This document shows positions 1 through 11,329 of a stretch of 64,000 bases of DNA, piece by piece. The notes under the pieces were generated by a model. It saw only the letters and a list, made by a program, of their open reading frames with translations, searched no databases and was not told the DNA's origin. Positions within the stretch are counted from its first letter, which is position 1; the number at the start of each line of letters is the position of its first letter. This stretch comes from Raja brachyura (lineage: Eukaryota): the NCBI GenBank assembly GCA_963514005.1, contig OY740791.1:17298001-17362000 (forward strand), written 5' to 3'. The position numbers and the translations under genes were made by a program.

Positions 1-2559
1 ATCTGTAATATTATGCATCAATGGAGTGGCAATAACAATTTTGTTGTATGCAGTGCTTACAACGACAAATAAAGGCATTTCATTTCAAAAAGCTGAACAC
101 AGCGGGACAGATCACATCTCTGGATGAGGTTTCAGGTGACATCTCAACCCAAAACGTCAACCATTCCTTCTATCCAGAGATGCTGCCTGTCCCGCTCAGT
201 TACTCCAGCAGTTTTGTGTCTATCTTTGGTTTAAACCAGCGTCTGCAGTTCCTTCCTACACTTATTATGTACAGTATTGATCTTCTTATTTAAGGAAAGC
301 TGATTATGTATTGATGACAATTCAGATTACTTTTTTTGAGACCTGTACCTGGAATGAACTGGACACAAAGTGCTGGAATAACCCAGCAGGTCAAGCATCA
401 TATCTGGAGACTGCATGGGTGACATTTCGAGTTGGGACTGATTGTAAGGGGGGGGGGGGGGGGGGGTGGGGGGGGAGTAAACGTGGAAGAGTGGCGAGGC
501 GGTATAAAGTGTGGCAGGTTACAGGTGGACACAAGCAACAGAGGTTCTGACAGGCAGATGGTTGGAACAAAGGCTGGAGATTGAAGCAGGGAGTGTGAGA
601 CAGACTGATTGAAGAGATGTAAATTGTGAAGCCAAAGGAAGAAACGTTGAAGGAGGGGGAAGGAGAGGAATATGTGCGAGTCCAGGTGAGGCACAGGGGA
701 GATGGGGGAGAAAGGGGGTGTGGAGCAGAGAGACAGGTAAGGCTTGTATTGGCTGGAGTTTAAAGAATGAGAGTAGACTTCATTGGCACATACTGGATCC
801 TAAATAGTGTTATAGAAATAGGTCCGGCAACTATGTCCGTGCATGTGCATGTGTGTGGGGAAAGGTCCTCGACTATTGTGTGTGCCTCAATGTAGCCAAG
901 TAAGAGAACAGAAGTGATGTGCAACTCACCCTGACAAATCTCGCAGCATTGCTTCATGTTGCAGGGATTTGCACTACTGGAGAAAAATGCATGAGCCACT
1001 GCTTCTTACTGTGTCGTTGCAGGCCTCTTCTCGTTCTCAGCGGGTGCATCAGTCATCCCTCCCATGACGCACCTCAGTTCTAAGGACTTTAATGTTTTTA
1101 TCAAAGATCCTTAAAACTCCCTCTTTCCCTTGCACTCTCCCTTCTTCATGACAACCAGAATATTTGTTGTGGCTGTTGTGGGGGATGGGCCTTTTAGGGT
1201 TGACTCCTATCAAGTCAAGTCAAGTTTATTCGTCACATACACACACGGGATGTGCAGTGAAATGAAAAGTGGCAACGCTCGCGGACTTTGTGCAAACAAA
1301 CAAACAAACAAACTACAAGCAGAATGGAACAGAATCACATAATCTTTTACATAATATATATTGTGGGAGGAAGGAAAAAGGGGAAAAAAAGAGCAATTTT
1401 AAAAAAACAGTAGAATGGTCCAGTAAAGTTAGTCCCTGGTGAGATCGGAGTTTACTGTCCGAATGGCCTCCGGGAAGAAACGCCTTCTCAACCTCTCCGT
1501 ACTCACGGCATGGCAACGGAGGCGTTTGAAGTGAATGTTATGCAGCAAAGTGCTGGCAATTATGTTAATTGAGCCCGGTCCCTTTGGGAATTTTGCAGGT
1601 CTCATTTTGGTGCCTGATTTGGGGGTAGACCATCTTAAAATCATTTCAAATTCTATTTTTCCTAAGTATGTTAAGCATTGAAATGTATTAGTGGCTGAAA
1701 TGGCTGCAATCCGATCTCCAGGCAAATGAGACAAGAAAGATATAGTTTTGTGGCCAATGCTATTATATACACTTTAGCACCCTCAAATGGAAAGTTTGTG
1801 TATAACGCTGTTGAAACACTACTGGAATGATTCCAATCCTTATTGATGGCCATTTCCATAGACATTGATCAATTTGAGGTACGCCATCCAAGAGATTATT
1901 ATTAATTGAAGTAATAATGGTCTAGCAGAAACGTAGCTTTCTCAGGAGCATTTGGAGAAATAGATAGCCTCTGTTGATCATTCGCTCGTGTGTCAGACGA
2001 TGTAGCTCGCTGTTGGCTTCTGTCGTCGTCCAACATGTTGACAGAATTGTCGCCCGGCGCGTCACAGTGTGAATCACGTCGTCGCTTCCAGGGATCGCCA
2101 CGAGGAGGCTTCTGTCATGATCCCCGCCTCTGTTGATGATAGGCTGCAAATGCTAGGAGCTGGAACAAAAAAACAGAGCACTGGAGGAGGCAAATGGTAT
2201 AAGTTGACGTTTCAGATGTTCAGATGCAGGACCTTCCCCCAAAAAGTCAAAATTCCACAGATGATGCTTGACCTGCAGAACTCTTCCAGATAGCCTCTGT
2301 TCATTCCTCCCATTCCTCTCGGATAACCCCAGTCAATGAAATAATTGCAACTTGAACAATCCACAGGTCTGCTGTATCAGTGTATTCTCCTGTAAATGAT
2401 GCACATAGAAAATATACAATTATATCGATATAAAACTCTTTAAATTATTTGATCTGGTACTGTCGAGCAATTCCCAGGTAATTAATAAAATATTTCACCT
2501 TGCTATTTGAAAATTTGGCTTTATTAACAATTTTCTTCAAATGTGATGAAGATGAAGTG

Positions 2560-2818
2560 CGGCACGGTGGCGCAGCGGTAGGCGGCCCTGGTTTGATCCC
2601 GACTACGGGTGGTGTCTGTACGGAGTTTGTACGTTCTCCCCGTGAGTTTTCTTCGAGATCTTCGGTTTCCTCCCACAAACCAGAAGATGTACAGGTATGT
2701 AGGTTAATTGGCTTGTTGTATGTTTAAATTGTCCCTAGTGTGCATGGGACAGTGTTATGGTGCGGGGATTGCTGGTCGGCGAAGGGCCTGTTTCCGCGCT
2801 GCATCTCTAAAGTAAACT
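2560..2818 (+). mobile_element. tRNA-derived SINE
   Basis: GGTGGCGCAGCGGTAG...GGTTTGATCCCG head and a CR1-like 3' end GAAGGGCCTGTTTCCGCGCTG. Relatives lie at ~14545-14730 (-), 26995-27735 (+), 32545-32815 (+) and 39915-40105 (+). Confidence 0.8.
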
Positions 2819-3643
2819 AAAATGCCACTGTCTATTGAGAAAGCCAACAAGGAACATTAAGTACAATCTTAACTGTAGATGTGGGTTTACACCGAAGATA
2901 GACACAAAATGCTGAAATCACACAGCGGGACAGGCAGCATCTCTGGGGAAAAGAAACAGGTGACGTTTCAGGTCATGACCAGAATAACCTTTGCTAGTTA
3001 TCAGCCATCAAATCCTAAATTATTGATCACAACTGCCATTTGAATTTTCATAGCAATGATCTAAATAAACACTGCATTTAATTTCAATCAATCTCTTTAA
3101 ACATCCTCAACGTTCTCATACTTTCTGCGTCTGGGAAATTATCTTATATTTGTTTAGAGCAACAAATAACATTCAGGGAAGTATAAATTCATGTAGGTAA
3201 AAATCAATCTGAAGAAAGGTCCCGACCCAAAATGTTGCCCGTCCATTCCCTCCACAGATACTGCCTGACCCCTTGAGTTCCTATATGTTTAGTATTCGGG
3301 CAAAGACTGTTACTGAAAACAGTGGGCAGGTATGTCTTTATTTTGTAGGGTGATGGAATGGATTATTTTCCTCAATAAGGGTTTTGGCAAGTCCGTCTCT
3401 GTTGGATTTTATTTAAAACTATACGTAAGAGCTGAGACTATTTGAAAATGATAGGTGACGTACCCAAGGACATCAAAGTCCAAACAACAGCGATAACTGC
3501 TTTTGGGTTTGAAACATCAGGGATTGATCTATAAGGAAAGATACAGACAAAAAAAAGATACCCGAGTATCAATAGTGGTTGTTATTACATGCAAAGAGTC
3601 CATTTCACTCTTGCAGACTCAGCAGCATGAGTGGTAAATCAAG

Positions 3644-4196
3644 GCCTAATTTGAGGAAGGACATCCTTATGATTGAGGCAGTGCAGCGTAGGTTCACGAG
3701 ATTGATCCTTGGGATCGTGGGACTGTCATATGAGGAAAGATTGAAAAGACTAGGCTCGTATTCACTGGAGTTTAGAAGGATGAGGAGGGATCTTATAGAA
3801 ACATATAAAATTATAAAAGGACTGGACAAGCTAGATGCAGGAAAAAGGTTCCCAATGTTGGGTGAGTCCAGAACCAGGGGCCACAGTCTTAGAATAAAGG
3901 GGAGGTCATTTTTTTCTCAGCTCAGTCATAAGACTGAGCTGAGAAAAAACTTTTTTACCCAGAGAGTTGTGCATTTATGGAATTCCCTGCCACAGTGGAG
4001 GCCAAATCACTGGATGGGTTTAAGAGAGAGTTGGATAGAGCTCTAGGGGCTAGTGGAGTCAAGGGATATGGGGAGAAGGCAGGCACGGGTTATTGATAGC
4101 GGACGATCAGCCATGATCACATTGAATGGCGGTGCTGGCTCGAAGGGTCGAATGGCCTCCTCCTGCACCTATTTTCTATATTTCTATGTTTCTATG
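3644..4196 (+). mobile_element. CR1 LINE 3' fragment
   Basis: VQRRFTRLI...LSYEERL...LEFRRMRRDLIETYKI...RTRGHSL; ends in a (TTTCTATG)n-type tail. Confidence 0.92.
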
Positions 4197-5148
4197 TAAG
4201 GCAATGATTCTGAACTGTAATTACCTAATCTCCAAAGTATAATTATCTCAGGATCTTAGTTAAACGTAATCACAGAATATTATTGAATTTTATAATATGA
4301 AAAAGGGCTGTAGTCTAATAATGAGATATCTAAATATACATTTTAATACCTTATCTAAAATCTTATTAAAATTTAAAATGTTAAAATTAAATAAAATCTT
4401 AAATTTTAAACACACGTTGGCTAAAAGTTTAGGTCATGGAAGATGAATCGAAGTAAAAGCTAATGTGAGGTTCTGACATTGTGCTGTTAATTAAAAATGT
4501 AGCCACGAGTGTATTACGGAACAGAAACTCTTGGAAAACTATGTGGCAATACCACCATTTCAGTCACTTGCTTGTAAAGCGAATAGGTTTCCTTTTGTTC
4601 AAGCTTTCAGATTGAAAAGAGGTATGGTAATGAAGAAGAAAGGAGCCAATAAATTACAATAATGAACTGGCAAGAAAACAGTCTGTAATTACTACTCTGT
4701 TGAAACATGCCATTGGAGGCCAGCTGAATTACATACACAAATTAACAGTGATGTGGCATTTATCTTTCCAACTGCAAAAGATATGCCACATCCTCAAATC
4801 CTGCCTTGTGCTATCAACCTTTACTGCACTATGAAACTATTCACCATTGGCAATAAATAAACACATTTTCCTATTTATCCTCTTTAACAAAAGTGAATGC
4901 ATTATACTTTTCTTCACCGTTTTAAACTTCTCAGAAAAATAGTCTGAGTTTCCTCAGGAGACGCCTTGGCCTTGAGAACCTCCAGGAAAGGGCCCCAGGC
5001 TGACAGACCATCAAATTCCAGCTGGGTTACATAGACTGCATCTCATACTGGCATAAAACCAACTGGGAGAGCTTCATATTTCCTGTGGCCAGCAGTGCAC
5101 TAGCCAATACACCACAGGAGTCTCCCTCGCCAGTACCGCCCCAGCTAG

Positions 5149-5202
5149 GGGGTGGAAGATTGCAACCTTCACGTGGTCCGCCCTGTTTCGACTAATGCAA
5201 TC
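5149..5202 (+). ncRNA. Minimal HDV/CPEB3-like self-cleaving ribozyme (predicted)
   Basis: P1 GGGGTGG/CCGCCCT with G1-U wobble; P2 GATTGCA/TGCAATC; P3 ACC/GGT; L3 TTCACGT; GT-TTCG-A in place of P4; J4/2 CTAA with candidate catalytic C5192. Confidence 0.8.
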
Positions 5203-5286
5203 AACTCAACGTGCACGCACAGAAGATCAAATAGAACAAGTTGTCCTACAACTTTAGGCCGTGCACGCCACACGAAAGGAGAAGAA
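5149..5286 (+). mobile_element. Short non-autonomous retroelement with a ribozyme head and (GAA)n-like tail, copy 1
   Basis: Flanked by the direct repeat GCCCCAGCTAG (5138-5148 and 5287-5297). A close copy lies at 39122-39250. Confidence 0.85.
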
Positions 5287-7032
5287 GCCCCAGCTAGTAT
5301 AGATTTGCATTCACTGCTATAGGGCTGCCAACATTGGGTGAGAGTTGAGAGTGAGAAATCTGGACCCACCAAAAGTGGTACTTCACAAACTCTCAAGTTC
5401 AGATTTGAATTCAGATGAGTATGTTTTCTGGTACACCACAATGCCATAAAATTCCCAATGTGCACGAAGGGCAGAGAGAACAGTATAAACAGAGTTATGA
5501 TCAATATAACAATATGTAAACGCTGAGTCCAAAGATTGTTGGGCACTCTGAATAATACAAAAAAAATGAAAGTACAGGAAAGAAATAAACAAATGAGATA
5601 GAGTTAAGAGTAAGGGTACACGGCAGGATCTCCATGAAGAGGTGTGTGTGGGAGAGATGGTTTCACTCTGACCCTGACGAGGGTTGACTCAAAGAATTTT
5701 TCCTTTTAAAGTTACCACCAGATGTCACTAAAGTACAAAAACATGAATGGTAACGTACGTGGGAGTAGGAGTGGGTCATGTTGCCCTCGGAGTCTGGTGC
5801 AGGACTGCAACAATTCCATGTGTCCCTCAGGCTGCCATTGCATGCAGCAGCTAAGAAAGACACACTGACTAATTAACAAGGACAGCCGTGGCCTCCCACT
5901 GGGCTAATTGCTGCTAATTCCTCTGCACACTGAGCAATCCATACCTGGTCATTTCATACCTCGCGTCGATCTCTACAAAGCAGAGGCCACGCGCCAACTC
6001 TCGGACACCTCTTCCTACTTACCCCTGGACCATGACCCCACTGACGAGCACCAGGCCACCATCTCGAGCACCATAACCGACTTCATCAACTCCGGCTCCC
6101 TACCCCCCCGAGCCTCCAACCTCATCGTTTCCCAGCCCCGCACAGCCCGATTTTACCTTCTCCCCAAAATCCACAAACCCGACTGCCCCGGCAGACCCAT
6201 TGTCTCTGCCTGTTCGTGCCCCACCGAACACATTTCCACATACCTTGACTCCATCCTATCCCCCTTTGTTAAATCCCTCCCCACCTATGTTCAAGACACC
6301 TCAGACACTCTCCGTCAGCTCCGCACATTCCGTTGTCCAGGCCCCCATCCTCTCATCTTCACCATGGACGTCCAGTCACTATACACCTGCATCCCCCACC
6401 AGGATGGTCTCAAAGCCCTCCGGTACTTCCTCGACCAGAGGAGCAACCCATACCCATCCACTGACACCCTCCTCCGCCTAGCGGAGTTGGTCCTTACCCT
6501 CAACAACTTCTCTTTTGACTCCTCCCATTTCCTCCAAACACAAGGCGTAGCTATGGGCACACGCATGGGCCCTAGCTACGCCTGCCTCTTTGTCGGGCAC
6601 GTCGAACAATCTTTGTTCTCGGCGTACCAGGGCCCCACCCCCGACCTTTACCTCCGTTACATTGACGACTGCTTTGGTGTCGCCTCCTGCACCCATGCAC
6701 AACTGACTGACTTCATCCATTTCACCACCAACTTCCATCCGGCACTCAAATATACTTGGACCATTTCCGACATTTCTCTACCATTCCTTGACCTCACCAT
6801 CTCTATTGCAGGTGATACACTCCTGACTGACATCCACTACAAACCAACTGACTCCCACAACTACCTGGACTACTCTTCCTCCCACCCTGCTTCCTGTAAG
6901 GACTCCATCCCCTATTCCCAATTTGTCCGTCTACGCCGCATCTGCTCCCAGGATGACGTGTTCCACACCAGGTCATCGCAAATGTCCTCGTTCTTCAGAG
7001 AACGGGGTTTCCCCTCCCCCACTATAGATGAG

Positions 7033-7283
7033 ATTCAGATTCAGATTCAATTTTAATTGTCATTGTCAGTGTACAGTACAGAGACAACGAAATGCATTAA
7101 GGATAATTTACAATTTTTATTGAACGACTTTGGAGTGTGGGACTAAACTAGAGCAACCAGTGAAAACCCACGCAGGTCACAGGTACTACAAACTCCGTAC
7201 AGGCAGCACCCGTGGCCAGGATCGAACCTGTGTCTCTGGCACTGTGAGGCAGAAACTCTACCGCTGCGCCACCGCTGCTGCTA
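7033..7283 (-). mobile_element. tRNA-derived SINE with a (CTGAAT)n tail, inserted in the Penelope ORF
   Basis: A-box-like GGTGGCGCAGCGGTAG and B-box-like GGTTCGATCC on -. ATGAG is duplicated at 7028-7032 and 7284-7288, and removing the insert rejoins ...PTIDE-ARTRVSS... Confidence 0.85.
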
Positions 7284-8211
7284 ATGAGGCTCGCACCAGG
7301 GTCTCCTCCACACCCCGCAACACTGCCCTCTCTCCCCATTCCCCCACTCACAACAAGGGCCGAGTCCCCCTGGTCCTCACCTTTCACCCCACCAGCCAGC
7401 GCATACAACAGATAGTCCTCCGCCAGTTTCGCCATCTCCAACGTGACCCCTCCACTCGCCACATCTTCCCATCTCCCCCCCTGTCTGCCTTCCGCAAAGA
7501 CCGCTCCCTCCGCAACTCCCTTGTCAATTCTTCCCTTCCCTCCCGCTCCACTCCTTCCCCGGGCACTTTCCCTTGCAACCGCAAGAGATGCTACACTTGT
7601 CCCTTCACCTCCCCCATCCACTCCTTTCAGGGACCCAAGCAGTCATTCCAAGTCCGACAGAGGTTCACCTGCACCTCCTCCAACCTCATCTACTGCATCC
7701 GTTGCTCCAGATGCCAGCTGATCTACATCGGTGAGACCAAGCGGAGGCTGGGCGATCATTTCGCCGAACACCTCTGCTCGGTCCGCAATAACCAACCCGA
7801 CCTCCCGGTGGCTCAGCACTTCAACTCCCCCTCCGTATCCGACCTCTCGGTCCTGGGCCTCCTCCACGGCCAGAGTGAGCAACACCGCAAGTTGGAGGAA
7901 CAGCACCTCATATTCCGCTTGGGGAGTCTGCATCCTCTGGGCTTAAACATTGAATTTTCTCAATTCTGTTAACCCAGACTGCCTCCTCCCCACCTCTCCC
8001 TCAGCCCTCGGGCCCTGACATTCCTTCTCCATCTTCCCCCCCCCCCCCCCCCCCCCCCCCAGTCGCACTAGCTTCTCATTTTCACACCACAAACAGCTTA
8101 CAATGGCCTGTTTCCTTTATCATCAATACTTTTTTGCATATCTTTCACTCATTGTTCTTTATCTCTCCACATCACTGTTTATATCTCTCGTTTCCCTGAT
8201 CCCTGACCAGT

Positions 8212-8239
8212 CTGAAGAAGGGTCTCGACTCGAAACGTC
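8212..8239 (+). ncRNA. Minimal type I hammerhead ribozyme motif in the Penelope terminal repeat
   Basis: CTGAAGA-A-GGGTC-TC-GACTC-GAAACGTC: CUGANGA box, stem II, GAAA, palindromic ACGU in place of stem III, UC cleavage site. Confidence 0.7.
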
Positions 8240-9964
8240 GCCTATCTCCTTCGCTCCTTAGATGCTGCTGCACCCGCTGAGTTTCTCCAGCTTTTTGTGT
8301 AACCCCTGGTCATTTCAAGCTTTGACCCAGTGTCTCTGGAAACTTACAAAAAATACTGAACCAGCAAGAGCCTTGTGACTTGGAGTGAGTGCAAGTTGAA
8401 TGCTGGCCCAGCCCATGTCCCCATGTTCGAGCCAATGGCATGAATAGTCTCATGGTTGGCTACTGCACGTTTAGTTTAGTTTATTGTCACATGCATCGAG
8501 AAACAATGAAAAGCTTTTTGTTACGTGTCCTCCAGGCTTCCAATCAGCGGAAAGACTATTCATGCTAAAATTGAGCCGTCCACAGTGTACAGATACAGGA
8601 TAACGGGAATAACGTATAGTGCAAGATAAAGTCGAGTAAAGTCCGATTAAAGATAATCCAAGGGTAGATGGAAGCTCAGGACTGCTCTCTCATTGTTCGC
8701 TGAATTCTCAGCTACGCCAGTTTCCCCATTGCTTGCCCCTCTGTTGCAGATGCCAGATGACAGGTCCTGAACTCTTGAATACACTGGCATTATTTGAGTA
8801 GGGCAGCCAGCACGTGTAGATGATGCTCTGTCTGTCTCACCCCCAGCCTATTCTTCACTGGTGGGCATTAACCTCAGACAGAGTAGGAAAGCATTTCAGA
8901 GCAAACCAGAGACAGTCATAACAAATCATGAGTCTGTGTGTCAGAGAATGTTGTGAGGTGTCTCAGGTGTTGCATTAACTGTCACTATGACAGTGAGACC
9001 AAAAAGATTAGAACGGTTATCAAATCATCATTGTAGGAATCTGCCCCAAATGACCATCCACAGCTTCAGATATTGATCAAGTGGAGGCCTCTATAGTAGA
9101 CACTACAGCGGTCTAAATGTCCATTGTGATCTGTACGCAGGTCAGATGATTATGTGACGTGTAACGAAAGCAGATTGTGAGCTGTTGCGCACATTAGAGA
9201 TAAACTTGACGATGTTGTTTACTGGCCCAGTTTGCACTGAGTGCTCCTGCCAACAGAAATTGGCCTTTAAGCTTCAAATGTACACTCAGCGAGAGCAGCC
9301 ATTCCTGGCCCCAATTCCACAGGTCACTCCCACAAGCAAATGAATCAATGTTGAAGCGGCTGTTTGATTTGAGCGTCAGATAAACTCTGCAAGTGAATGT
9401 TTAACAGGGGTTACAGAGAAAGTGATCTACAGTTCTGCCTGCTGGGCCCAGGTACACAACTAATCCTCTGACTCCTCAGGGATATTTACTGTTGTACACA
9501 GTCACTTTGTGACTAACCTCGCCCATACTTTGACAGCTCAGCACCTATCAAAGCATGTTACTGTTCTGTCCGAATGTCTGTTTTTAGTTCAAACTTTAGG
9601 CCTACTGTTAGTTATGTTAATTTTAATTTTTTTTAAGTTGTATGTATTTATTCTTTTTTATTAACTGCACTGATTGAGAAACAATTTTTTGTTTCTTCTG
9701 TGTGTGTAAGTACTCAGTTAAAATGACATTAAAGTAAATACTGAATACTATGGATTCCTGAATGGATTGGACCCGATGTAGGCTCAATAAGCCTGGGTCA
9801 GGGTGAGAAAAGTCAGCCAGGGTCCCACTTGTATTATTTAATCAAGTAATGTTAGATCACAGCAGGAGCATCTCTGTTGCAGCTCTGAGAGGCTTTCTCA
9901 CTGCTGATTCTGCTGTGGTCATTCAGCTAGTTAACCAACAGCACTGAACCAATGACTTCTGTAG

Positions 9965-10142
9965 ATGGATACAAAGTGCTGGAGTAACTCAGCGGGTCAG
10001 GCAGCATCTCTGGAGAAAAGGGTTCCAACCCAAAACGTTACCTATTCCTTTTCTCCAGAGATGCTGCCTGACCCGTTGGATTACTCCAGCACTTTGTGTC
10101 TATCTTCGGTATAGACCAGCATCTGCAGTTCTTTTATACATA
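9965..10142. mobile_element. Short fold-back element derived from the Penelope terminal repeat
   Basis: Inverted arms of about 50 bp (9971-10021 and 10047-10097); 15-bp TSD CAATGACTTCTGTAG at 9950-9964 and 10143-10157. Confidence 0.8.
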
Positions 10143-10614
10143 CAATGACTTCTGTAGGTGGGCATGGGAAGAATATATTAATGCTGATCTCCGACTAAGT
10201 TACATTTAAACGCAGCGACATGAAGAGTCATACCTTCGTTGAAAATGTTCTCTTTTTTAATCAGTATGTTCTTGAACCAGGTGTTCAAAGTTTTCAAGCT
10301 CCTGTACCTCATCTCCACTAACTCTCAGCATGAACTAAAGATTTTCTGGCATTTCTCTTGTTATTCTATATCGGATCGGTAGAGGGCAATTCTGACTTCA
10401 TTCAACATTTCAAGCCCTAGGAATTTATCATGCTGGGAGGCATTTGATAACCTAGTTGCATACAGAGGTCCCTCATCAGTTTGTTCCAGTTCCAATTGTA
10501 CCTCACCATCTTGCTGCGACGTGCTGAAGCAAGCACTGTCTGCCTCTCCAGTCAAGCTCTTTTGCAGAGGAGCGCATCCTAATCTGACCTGCCAGGGACA
10601 TTATAATCTCCCTG

Positions 10615-11172
10615 AAACATAGAAACATAGAAAATATGTGCAGGAGTAGGCCATTCGGTCCTTCGAGCCTGCACCGCCATTCAATATGATCATGGCTGAT
10701 CATCCAACTCAGTATCCTGTACCTGCCTGCTCTCCATACCCCCTGATCTCCTTAGCCACAAGGGCCACATCTAACTCCCTCTTAAATATAGCCAATGAAC
10801 TGGCCTCTACTACCTTCTGTGGCAGAGCATTCCACAGATTCACCACTCTCTGTGTTAAAAATGCTTTTCTCATCTCGGCTCTACAAGACATCCTCCTTAT
10901 CCTTAAACTGTGACCCCTTGTTCTGGACTTCCCCAACATCGGGAACAATCTTCCTGCATCTATCCTGTCCATCCCCTTAAGAATTTTGTAAGTTTCTTTA
11001 AGATCCCCCCTCAATCTTCTAAATTCTAGCGAGTTCATGCCGAGTCTATCCAGTCTTTCTTCATATGAAAGTCCTGCCATCCCAGGAATCAGTCTGGTGA
11101 ACTTTCTCTGTACTCCCTCTATGGCAAGAATGACTTTCCTCAGATTAGGAGACCAAAACTGTGCACAATACT
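10615..11172 (-). mobile_element. CR1 LINE 3' fragment
   Basis: CR1 ORF2 C-terminus (ORF 10709..11080) with a (CATAGAAA)n tail on +. Confidence 0.92.
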
Positions 11173-11329
11173 CTCAGAGGACTTCTCTCATCTCCTGTTT
11201 GTTCTACCTTCTCCTTGTCCTCCTCCCCCTGCCATCCAGCACACACACAATCTCTCCCCTCCTTAGTCTCATTGTGAAGTTACAGCAGGGAACTGCTTAC
11301 CAATGACCTCATCCTCAAGAGTCAAGAAT

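Larger units (their letters stand above)
5957..8304 (+). mobile_element. 5'-truncated Penelope-like element (RT plus GIY-YIG endonuclease), interrupted by a SINE
   Basis: RT motifs FYLLPKIHK, GRPIVS, FTMDVQSLYT, GVAMGT, RYIDD and PFLD; GIY-YIG region IYCIRC..CQLIYIGETKRRLGDHFAEH. 13-bp TSD CCTGGTCATTTCA at 5944-5956 and 8305-8317. Confidence 0.92.

Noticed and set aside
448-477. Long G/C homopolymers (also ~8036-8060 and ~35922-35942) as functional G-quadruplexes
   Set aside because: They lie inside TE copies, and homopolymer length is unreliable in assemblies.
2560-2610. tRNA genes (also near 7230-7280, 27000 and 32550)
   Set aside because: A/B-box heads continue into SINE bodies and do not form a full cloverleaf.
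5683-5700. CTGACGAG as a hammerhead core
   Set aside because: No GAAA box follows the putative stem II.
6200-7946. Several alternative-frame and antisense ORFs over the Penelope element
   Set aside because: Shadows of the C-rich RT/endonuclease frame, with no independent motifs.
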